Shown here piece by piece: positions 9,526-15,984 of a stretch of DNA of 32,000 nucleotides. The position numbers and the translations under genes were made by a program. The notes under the pieces were generated by a model that saw only the letters and a program-made list of their open reading frames with translations, had not been told where the DNA came from and searched no databases. Source of the stretch: Opitutales bacterium. GTDB taxonomy: Bacteria; Verrucomicrobiota; Verrucomicrobiia; Opitutales; PNEW01. The DNA lies in NCBI GenBank assembly GCA_965219535.1, contig CBDCNV010000002.1, positions 2,280,001 to 2,312,000 of the forward strand, read 5' to 3'. How positions within the stretch are numbered: position 1 is the first letter of the stretch; the number at the start of each line of letters is the position of its first letter.

Positions 9526-10047
9526 ATGTTCAAGAATAACGGTATTCACGTTGACTATCGAAAATGGCCGGACACGACGCATTGGCAGTTTACAGTCTAT
9601 CCACTGGGCAACGACACCTATGGTCGCTGGTTTTATATTCCTGAGGGAGCTTCACTTCAGCGAGGAACAGAACCATCCGTGATCAATACTCGCACCTTTG
9701 CGATGCTTATCGGAGATGACATTTGGTGGGCGGCATTCTGGAACACCGACAAGACAAAGGCACACGAGTTGTACATCGATGTCATAACACCGGTAATCTG
9801 GAACGGGAATAAAGTTATGATGATCGATTTAGATCTGGATGTTGTACGCACATGGGAAGGAAAAGTCGAAATCATCGACCGTGATGAATTTGAGGATCAC
9901 CAGAAGCTATTGAATTATCCCAGAGAAGTCATAGATACAGCAGAACGAACCGCAGATGCATTGGCAGAATCTGTTGCGAGTGGGCAGGAGCCATTTGGCA
10001 CCACGGGTGCTGCGTGGCGAGACGAAGCGATCTCAAGAAATCCCTAA
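9526..10047 (+). CDS. DUF402 domain protein (nucleoside di/triphosphatase-like)
   Basis: The pattern WW..FW....ELYIDV.TP.......V...DLDLDV......V.I.DRDEF......YP matches my recollection of the DUF402 family. Confidence 0.7.
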   Translation: MFKNNGIHVDYRKWPDTTHWQFTVYPLGNDTYGRWFYIPEGASLQRGTEPSVINTRTFAMLIGDDIWWAAFWNTDKTKAHELYIDVITPVIWNGNKVMMIDLDLDVVRTWEGKVEIIDRDEFEDHQKLLNYPREVIDTAERTADALAESVASGQEPFGTTGAAWRDEAISRNP

Positions 10048-10101
10048 TGTCTATAGGTGCGGCGAGGCTTAACCTTGTGAAGGTGGCATTTACTCGCTCG
10101 G

Positions 10102-11538
10102 CTAAAATGTCTGTTCTAGGTAATTGTCTACGAAGGGATCAGCAGTAGTTGTCATATGACTCTTCATCGCATCTTGAAGCCGAGACTGTTCTGTCGCAGC
10201 TTCAGATTTGTCGATCAGATTATTTATTTCATACGGATCTTCACTCAGATCGAAGAGCTCATCCAGATCACCATTGTTCCACACATATTTCCATCGGTTA
10301 TCAGTCACCAAACGCCATTCCACGGTATGGTGAAAACTCCCCAAGGGTTTATGCTCGCTGTAGACATACCGGTCTTGAAAGGGATCGACATCGCCAGTTG
10401 CGAGAAGCGATGAGAGATCCTCTCCCTCTAATTCCTCAGGAACATCAGCGCCACCCTGTGACATTAAGGTGGGCATAACATCAAGCAGTGACACGGTCGC
10501 ATCGGATACAACATTTTGCGAAAGCCACGGCGCGCTGAAGATCAACGGCACTCGCAGATTCTCTTCATAAGGTTCATACTTTTGAAACAGACCGTGAGCG
10601 CCCAACATTTCACCGTGGTCACTGCAGTAGATGACCAGGGCATCCTCAGTAAGACCTTCATCGTCTAAAGCTTTCAGGATTCGCCCGGTCTGATGATCGA
10701 TGTGCGTGCAGAACCCCCAATACGCAGCGAAGGCCTTTTTCCACGGTTCCCAGTCGGTTCCGAAATCCCGGCAGATCTGCCGGTAGTAGTTGTTAGGATT
10801 ACATGCCCGCTCCCGCTCATTCGGCAAGAAGTTTGGAGGGACGGGTATAGCCGTGGGATCGTACATGCTGAAGTAGGGCTCGGGTACTTTGAATGGCGGG
10901 TGCGGTCCGATAAACCCGCAGGTGAGAAAGAAAGGTCGATCTTCGGGTCGGTTTTTCAAATGCTGAATGGTAACGTCGGTGATCCAGGCATCCATCGTTT
11001 CTTCCGGCGGAAGGTCCTCCACGACCGGTGTTGGGATAGACATTCGGGGTTGTGTCTTCGTTACAACTCGCTCATCTGACATAAAAGCCCAGGTCTCTAT
11101 ACTTTTCGGCCAACTACTAATGGAGTTTGCCTCGTAACGATCAAAAGTGTCGGGAAGAATATCGTCATTCAGATGCCACTTGCCAACGTAATGCAGAAAG
11201 TAGCCCTGGGACCGGAGAGGTTCGGTGAAGGGCATGGGGTCCATCGGGTCGCCGCCATTCATCGTCATAGTGGGGACATCTTCCGTGTCATACATGGACC
11301 CCGGATTTTTCGCCCTTTCTGCCGCCAGGTCTTTCCACTTTGCGCGAACCTGATGGGGATGCCTACCGGTGAAAATCCCGCATCGAGCGGGGGCACAGCG
11401 AGTGAACGAGACACCGGTTGCGGCCAAGCGATCCAGGTTCGGTGTTTTGCACGGTGTGCGGTTCAGGTGACCCAGGGTGTCTACGCGCTGCTGGTCAGAA
11501 ATGATAAAGAGTATATTGGGCCGACTGTTATGTTTCAT
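10102..11538 (-). CDS. sulfatase (formylglycine-dependent, Cys-type)
   Basis: PNILFIISDQQRVDTLG, CAPARCGIFTGRHPH (C-x-P-x-R), GKWHL, VIYCSDHGEMLGAHG. Confidence 0.93.
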   Translation of the reverse strand: MKHNSRPNILFIISDQQRVDTLGHLNRTPCKTPNLDRLAATGVSFTRCAPARCGIFTGRHPHQVRAKWKDLAAERAKNPGSMYDTEDVPTMTMNGGDPMDPMPFTEPLRSQGYFLHYVGKWHLNDDILPDTFDRYEANSISSWPKSIETWAFMSDERVVTKTQPRMSIPTPVVEDLPPEETMDAWITDVTIQHLKNRPEDRPFFLTCGFIGPHPPFKVPEPYFSMYDPTAIPVPPNFLPNERERACNPNNYYRQICRDFGTDWEPWKKAFAAYWGFCTHIDHQTGRILKALDDEGLTEDALVIYCSDHGEMLGAHGLFQKYEPYEENLRVPLIFSAPWLSQNVVSDATVSLLDVMPTLMSQGGADVPEELEGEDLSSLLATGDVDPFQDRYVYSEHKPLGSFHHTVEWRLVTDNRWKYVWNNGDLDELFDLSEDPYEINNLIDKSEAATEQSRLQDAMKSHMTTTADPFVDNYLEQTF

Positions 11539-11685
11539 GTGTATTCTTTACTACGATTGATTAACATATAGGTTTTCAGTAGGGGCGGACATGCACCTGT
11601 CACTGCCAACCTGAAATAGTGTTTTCAAAGATTGGAACGATCCATCGGTGAAGATTAGAAGACAAGAGAAATCAGTGAGCCCGTT

Positions 11686-11988
11686 TATGTGTCTATCAGT
11701 TGTGAACCTTGATAACAATTTACCCAATTCGTGAATTATTCAGGACTTAAGAATTACATTGTATGAGTAAACAAATCGAAATCGGGATCGAATCTATAGA
11801 ACCAATAAGATCGATTGCGATAGCGATTTGGATGAAATAAAATTACAACCGGAAGGTGGAGGCAACGCCTGACGGCGAGATTAAGATAATTAAAAGAGGT
11901 CACCCTCTTTTTTTTGCTATCAGTTGTGAATCTTGACAACATTTTATTCCGACTAAAAATGCAGAACTTTAGAATCACTTGTTGGGCC
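11686..11988 (+). repeat. modular intergenic repeat, copy C (P-H-T-term-P)
   Basis: TATCAGTTGTGAACCTTGATAACA occurs at 11694-11718, and a second copy, TATCAGTTGTGAATCTTGACAACA, at 11918-11941. TAAGAAT is at 11748-11754. The leader and periodic segment run from 11765. The tail contains GGTGGAGGCAACGCCTGACGG. TAGAAT at 11970-11975 lies 13 nt before the ATG at 11989. Confidence 0.85.
11895..11915 (+). terminator. terminator-like short hairpin plus T8 inside repeat copy C
   Basis: agagg (11895-11899) / cctct (11904-11908) with loop tcac, then a T-run to 11915. The stem is only 5 bp, so any terminator activity would be weak. Confidence 0.35.
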
Positions 11989-12516
11989 ATGAACAGATAC
12001 CTATACAAAGTATCCCAGCCACGCTCAGATCTGGTGTTCCATCCAAGCACTTTCTGGCACACTTTAGATTGGGAGAGCAGTACTACTCGTTACCGCGATG
12101 ACTACATTGAGGACAAGGTCCTGTATGTTGGCGATTTTGACGAGGTGAATATCCATCTCTTTCCACGCGAGAGGACAGTAAGGGTACGTGCAATTGATGC
12201 GAACCATTCGACTCTTGAAGGCTGTGGAATATTGTGCTTACCTGGCAAAACGGCATACATATTCTGTGCCACCTCAGGTAAGAATGAAGTGGAATCATTT
12301 AGACCAACGATTTTTAAATTCACTTCAGATGGTTTTACAAGAGTTCGAAAAGGCGAATACGTTTCTCGGGTGCCTCAAAAAGCTATAGGCTCGGAAACGA
12401 TGTCCATTGCCGAAGCAGTAAATAAATGGAATATTCAGGTTTGCTATGTTGCGGATCTCAATGCCTTGATTGCCATCCTGACTCGAGAGAAAATATATTT
12501 TGATGAACAAACCTAA
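11989..12516 (+). CDS. hypothetical protein (no family recognised)
   Basis: 175-aa ORF from the first ATG after the repeat. The 11914 start lies inside the repeat's promoter-like module. The 3' end overlaps the next ORF by 14 nt. Confidence 0.55.
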   Translation: MNRYLYKVSQPRSDLVFHPSTFWHTLDWESSTTRYRDDYIEDKVLYVGDFDEVNIHLFPRERTVRVRAIDANHSTLEGCGILCLPGKTAYIFCATSGKNEVESFRPTIFKFTSDGFTRVRKGEYVSRVPQKAIGSETMSIAEAVNKWNIQVCYVADLNALIAILTREKIYFDEQT

Positions 12517-13219
12517 GCCTAATAAGACGGAATATATTGAAATGTTCGAGGATGGTCCCGGGGGATGGTATGCATGGATCAGTAACTTTGAGGGTCCCAA
12601 ACCGCTCGCATACGAGAAGAGCATTGTCACAACTCGTAGCCCCTGGTGGATTGACTATAACCACGCACCCCCAGGAGCAGGTTATATGCACATGCTGGCT
12701 TGTTTGTCCACCTACGGTCCGGAAACAGAAGTGATTAAAGAAGCTGGTGGGCCCAGTCGCTTTATCGCGGGCGGCTATCCAACGGATTTTACGAATGCGA
12801 AAATGACCGTGCGCCTCAAAGGAGAATTACTGAAGCGCAATGCAGAACTTGTAGTGTTGGTGCAAGGAGGGGTTGAGGGCATTTGCAGTGGCTGGCTTTT
12901 GACCGGCCAAGTCCTTCAGATGTCCGAGCAGTGGACCGAGCAGACGGTGACCTTAGCGCCTGACCCGTCGCAATGGACTGCCCTGGGATCTCGTCATGAC
13001 CGCACTGACTCTTACGGTGTCAAACCGTTGGACAAGGTTCTGCGTAATGTCGACATTAATATTATGTTGGTGATGTTTCCCTTGAATGTCGTTCCAATGG
13101 GATCCGTAGGTGGCGACCCCCATGTTCTTCGCGCGGGTCATGACTACCCAGTGTGGCGGTCGAAACTTCCAGAGGGCTACATCATTCTGGACGAAGTCCG
13201 CATCCAGTTTGCAGGTTAA
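12503..13219 (+). CDS. hypothetical protein (no family recognised)
   Basis: 238-aa ORF. The ATG at 12503 overlaps the upstream stop region (12514-12516), which suggests translational coupling. There are no competing ORFs of similar length, and codon usage resembles neighbouring genes. Confidence 0.6.
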   Translation: MNKPKPNKTEYIEMFEDGPGGWYAWISNFEGPKPLAYEKSIVTTRSPWWIDYNHAPPGAGYMHMLACLSTYGPETEVIKEAGGPSRFIAGGYPTDFTNAKMTVRLKGELLKRNAELVVLVQGGVEGICSGWLLTGQVLQMSEQWTEQTVTLAPDPSQWTALGSRHDRTDSYGVKPLDKVLRNVDINIMLVMFPLNVVPMGSVGGDPHVLRAGHDYPVWRSKLPEGYIILDEVRIQFAG

Positions 13220-13278
13220 TCGACTCCAGGTGACGGCTAGCCCAGGATGCACTTATTAATGAGCCAAATACAATCAGA

Positions 13279-13731
13279 ATGAAAGCAAAAACAATTCGCG
13301 TAATTTCAATATGTATATTCAAACACAATCAAAATATATTGGTCTTTGAAGGTTTTGATTCTGTAAAAAAGACAATGTTTTATCGCCCCCTTGGTGGAGG
13401 TGTAGAACCCGGTGAAACAACTGAGAAAACTATAAAACGTGAAATCAGAGAAGAGTTAAGTTTAGAAATGACAGACCTCAATCTGTTAGGGGTGGTAGAG
13501 AATATTTTCACATGCGAAGGTGAACAAGGGCATGAAATTGTGTTTGTCTACGATGGTCGATTCGTCGATAAAACAGTATATGATCTTCCAGGGTTGAAGG
13601 TACATGAAGATAATGGGGAAGTGTTAAGAGCAGAATGGCGTAGTCTTGATTCATTTGATGAAAATCACCGTTTAGTACCAGAGAAAATAGAGAAATTATT
13701 ACAGGAAACAGGATCTGATGGAACTACTTGA
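13279..13731 (+). CDS. NUDIX hydrolase
   Basis: Nudix box GGGVEPGETTEKTIKREIREELSL (G-x5-E-x7-R-E-x2-E-E). Confidence 0.88.
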   Translation: MKAKTIRVISICIFKHNQNILVFEGFDSVKKTMFYRPLGGGVEPGETTEKTIKREIREELSLEMTDLNLLGVVENIFTCEGEQGHEIVFVYDGRFVDKTVYDLPGLKVHEDNGEVLRAEWRSLDSFDENHRLVPEKIEKLLQETGSDGTT

Positions 13732-13755
13732 ATGCTCACTACAAGATAGCTAGAA

Positions 13756-13834
13756 GGGGTCAGGCGGTGTATTTATCAGATGTCAACTTTGATAGTATTT
13801 TACTCCTAATCAATATGCTGAACCCTAGAATCAC
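13756..13834 (+). promoter_or_regulatory. solo promoter-like (P) module of the repeat family, upstream of the GNAT gene
   Basis: GGGGTCAGGCGGTGTATTTATCAGATGTCAACTTTGATAG...CTGAACCCTAGAATCACTTGTT aligns with the P modules of copies B, C and F. TTGATA is at 13789-13794 and TAGAAT at 13826-13831. Promoter activity is inferred, not shown. Confidence 0.5.
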
Positions 13835-13849
13835 TTGTTATGCTACGGT

Positions 13850-14266
13850 ATGAAAATGATGATCCGTAAATTTCAAAAAGAAGATAGAGATGCCTTAATT
13901 CAATTGTGGAAAACGGTCTTCCCTGATGATCCTCCTCACAATGATCCCTCAGTTGTTATCGATGCAAAGCTTGCTGTAGATGATCTTATATTTATCGCAG
14001 TAGATGATGGAAAAATAGTTGGTGCTTGCATGGCTGGATATGATGGGCACCGCGGTTGGTTGTATGCAGTAGCTGTCTTAAAGGAATATCGACGGAGTGG
14101 TGTCGGAGCAGAACTCGTTAAACATGCCATGCATTCGCTACAGAAAATCGGCTGTATCAAAGTAAATTTACAATTACGCTCGACGAATAAAGAAGTTGAG
14201 GCGTTTTATAAATCTTTGGGATTCGCCACAGAGGAACGGATTAGTATGGGAGCATTTATTGAATAA
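13850..14266 (+). CDS. GNAT family N-acetyltransferase, YpeA-like
   Basis: AGYDGHRGWLYAVAVLKEYRRSGVGAELV resembles E. coli YpeA (GGYDGHRG...FRGRGIA), together with an acetyl-CoA binding R-x-x-G-x-G/A motif. The start could be 13850, 13856 or 13859. The TTG at 13835 lies inside the repeat. Confidence 0.85.
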   Translation: MKMMIRKFQKEDRDALIQLWKTVFPDDPPHNDPSVVIDAKLAVDDLIFIAVDDGKIVGACMAGYDGHRGWLYAVAVLKEYRRSGVGAELVKHAMHSLQKIGCIKVNLQLRSTNKEVEAFYKSLGFATEERISMGAFIE

Positions 14267-14308
14267 AATATATAAGAACTGTATGCAGTTTAATAGAGGG
14301 AAAATCAT

Positions 14309-14740
14309 TTGCGAATAAGTCTTGCAGTTATCTTAGGTGCGGTTGTCGGCACCATTATCTTTTTTATAGTCGGGGTTATTTCCAATGCCATCAATCCGAC
14401 TCCACCTGAGTTGATGGATCCGGTAACCCCAGAAGCTGTAGCGCAGCGGGTGGCATCCGTCTCTACAAGTACTTGGCTCACGACACTATTTGGACTCGCT
14501 TTGGGTGCATTTTCAGGGGGTGTCATCGGTGCCAAAGTTGCCAAGAAAAAAATAATCTGGGTAACTAGCGCGATCGGTTTGGTGCATTCCCTTTGGGCTT
14601 TTTATACTTTCTATATCGTTTTTCCCGCAGTCCTTTGGGTTCCAATTGGAATGCTGATCTCAACCTTTCTTTTCTCCTATCTTGGAGGGGTTGTCGTAAT
14701 GCAATCCAAACAAAAAAATAGCGGCCCCACTAATAGTTAG
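14309..14740 (+). CDS. small integral membrane protein, unknown function
   Basis: Four hydrophobic stretches (AVILGAVVGTIIFFIVGVI, LTTLFGLALGAFSGGVIG, VTSAIGLVHSLWAFYTFYIVF, VPIGMLISTFLFSYLGGVVV). The start is a TTG and there is no in-frame ATG nearby, so the start is uncertain. Confidence 0.55.
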   Translation: MRISLAVILGAVVGTIIFFIVGVISNAINPTPPELMDPVTPEAVAQRVASVSTSTWLTTLFGLALGAFSGGVIGAKVAKKKIIWVTSAIGLVHSLWAFYTFYIVFPAVLWVPIGMLISTFLFSYLGGVVVMQSKQKNSGPTNS

Positions 14741-14950
14741 AAGGGATCAGCCTCTTTTATTGCTTTTAGTAAAACAATCCAAATCGGTATCGTAATCGGA
14801 ATCGAATCTACAGAACCAATAAGATCGATCCCGATCCCGATTTCGATCCCGATAGCGATGAAACAAAATTTCAAACAGACCGTGGAGGCAGCGCCTAACG
14901 GGGTGCTTCACATTTAGCATTAATAGGCGAGCATACTTTAAAGTGGTCTA
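14741..14950 (+). repeat. modular intergenic repeat, copy D (term-like, H, T)
   Basis: Begins immediately after the stop of the membrane-protein gene with GGATCAGCCTCTTTTATTGC. It continues with GTAAAACAATCCAAATCGGTATCGTAATCGGAATCGAATCTACAGAACCAATAAGATCGATCCCGAT. The tail contains CCGTGGAGGCAGCGCCTAACGG and CATTTAGCATTAATAGGCGAGCATACTT. Confidence 0.85.
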
Positions 14951-14954
14951 AAAA

Positions 14955-15096
14955 GGGGTCAAACGTAGAATTTAAATGTTATAATTCGATTAACGTTTAC
15001 TTATCCATTTTTTCTCTCTCCTGCATTCGTTAAGCATTTTAAACATGACTGCTTCATCTACTGGTCGATCTATATTTAAATTCTACGTTTGACTCC
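14955..15096. mobile_element. 142-bp MITE-like element with 23-bp terminal inverted repeats
   Basis: GGGGTCAAACGTAGAATTTAAAT (14955-14977) and ATTTAAATTCTACGTTTGACTCC (15074-15096) are reverse complements. Twenty base pairs are perfect and 22 of 23 match overall. There is no ORF inside. The element sits between repeat copies D and E. Confidence 0.7.
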
Positions 15097-15107
15097 TTCC
15101 TTCTCAA

Positions 15108-15280
15108 CTCAATCTACAGAACCAATAAGATCGATCCCGATAGCGATATCGATCCCGATTTCGATCATGATAGCGATGAAACAATATTTCAACCAGACAG
15201 TGGAGGTAGCGCCTAACGGCGTGCCTTACATTTAGCATTAATAGGTTAGCATACTTAAGAGTGATCAGCCTCTTTTTTGC
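15108..15280 (+). repeat. modular intergenic repeat, copy E (right arm, T, term; no 5' leader)
   Basis: CAATCTACAGAACCAATAAGATCGATCCCGATAGCGATATCGATCCCGATTTCGATCATGATAGCGATGAAAC...AGTGGAGGTAGCGCCTAACGG...CATTTAGCATTAATAGGTTAGCATACTT, ending in GATCAGCCTCTTTTTTGC. Confidence 0.85.
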
Positions 15281-15395
15281 TTTTTGGTGTTAACCTTGAA
15301 TACATTATCCCGATACGAGAGTTATTCAGAACTTTAGAATTACTTGTCGTAAGTAAAACAATCCAAATCGGGATCGTAATCAGAATCGAAGTAAG
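15281..15395 (+). promoter_or_regulatory. P module plus left hexamer-periodic arm (5' leader) of the gene-bearing repeat copy F
   Basis: AACCTTGAATACATTATCCCGATACG...CAGAACTTTAGAATTACTTGTCGTAAGTAAAACAATCCAAATCGGGATCGTAATCAGAATCGAA, followed by gtaag and the ATG. TTGAAT is at 15296-15301 and TAGAAT at 15335-15340. Confidence 0.55.
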
Positions 15396-15800
15396 ATGAC
15401 GTTGGGACACGAGAAACTGGACGTTTACTGTCTTTCCATCGACTATGTCGCTTGGGTTTATGATGTGTCGGAAAGGCTGCATGGCGTTCATCGTCACGCC
15501 CGCGACCAGTGGCTACGGGCAAGCCAGTCGATACCTCTGAACATTGCGGAAGGTAATGGAAAAACATCTGAACCGGACCGAAGAAGGTATTTTGAGATCG
15601 CGCGGGGCTCTGCTTTGGAGTGTGCCGCGATTCAGGATGTTCTGGTTGTCGGAAAGGCCTTGGAAAAGAAGACGAGCGAGGGGCGAAAGAGCGAGTTGGA
15701 CCGGATGGCCGCGATGCTAAGTCGACTGGGCGGACGGGGCTATTCTGTTGAAGAAGAGCGTGCAATCTACAGAACCAATGAGATCGATAGCGGTACGTGA
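15396..15800 (+). CDS. four-helix-bundle protein (23S rRNA intervening-sequence protein family)
   Basis: HEKLDVY..., RDQWLRASQSIPLNIAEGNGKTSEPDRRRYFEIARGSALECAAIQDVL is the hallmark of the family. I recall it as TIGR02436/PF05635, named from memory. The C-terminus ends early (AIYRTNEIDSGT*) where repeat copy G begins. Confidence 0.85.
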   Translation: MTLGHEKLDVYCLSIDYVAWVYDVSERLHGVHRHARDQWLRASQSIPLNIAEGNGKTSEPDRRRYFEIARGSALECAAIQDVLVVGKALEKKTSEGRKSELDRMAAMLSRLGGRGYSVEEERAIYRTNEIDSGT

Positions 15801-15952
15801 ATTACTTGTTGTAAGTAAAACAATCCAAATCGAAATCGGTATCGTAATCGGAATCGAATCTTCAGAACAAATAATATCGATCCCGATAGCGATTTCGATC
15901 CCGATGATATGAAATATCAATCAGACCGTGGAGGTCAGCCTCTTTTTTTTTT
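15801..15952 (+). repeat. modular intergenic repeat, copy G (partial P, H, truncated T, term)
   Basis: ATTACTTGTTGTAAGTAAAACAATCCAAATCGAAATCGGTATCGTAATCGGAATCGAATCTTCAGAACAAATAATATCGATCCCGATAGCGATTTCGATCCCGATGAT...CAGACCGTGGAGGTCAGCCTC followed by T10. Confidence 0.85.
15931..15952 (+). terminator. terminator-like short hairpin plus T10 at the end of repeat copy G
   Basis: gagg (15931-15934) / cctc (15939-15942) with loop tcag, then ten T (15943-15952). The stem is very short, so function is uncertain. Confidence 0.35.
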
Positions 15953-15984
15953 GCTTTTATTTTTTATCATGATAAAGAAAGAAA

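Noticed and set aside
13279-14266. NUDIX + GNAT as a toxin-antitoxin or defence pair
   Set aside because: The GNAT resembles housekeeping YpeA-type acetyltransferases, not tRNA-acetylating toxins. There is no small RHH/DUF1778-type partner. A repeat module separates the two genes, so they are probably separate transcription units.
15391-15395. GTAAG / GTAAGT strings at the leader-gene junction resembling a spliceosomal 5' splice site
   Set aside because: The context is bacterial. There is no matching 3' signal and no group II (GUGYG) 5' end. The resemblance is most likely coincidental.
4800-15950. The periodic atcgNN/cgatNN repeats as a CRISPR array
   Set aside because: The period is 6 nt, and there is no repeat-spacer organisation of 25-40 nt units. 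The copies are dispersed composite elements, and no cas genes are present.
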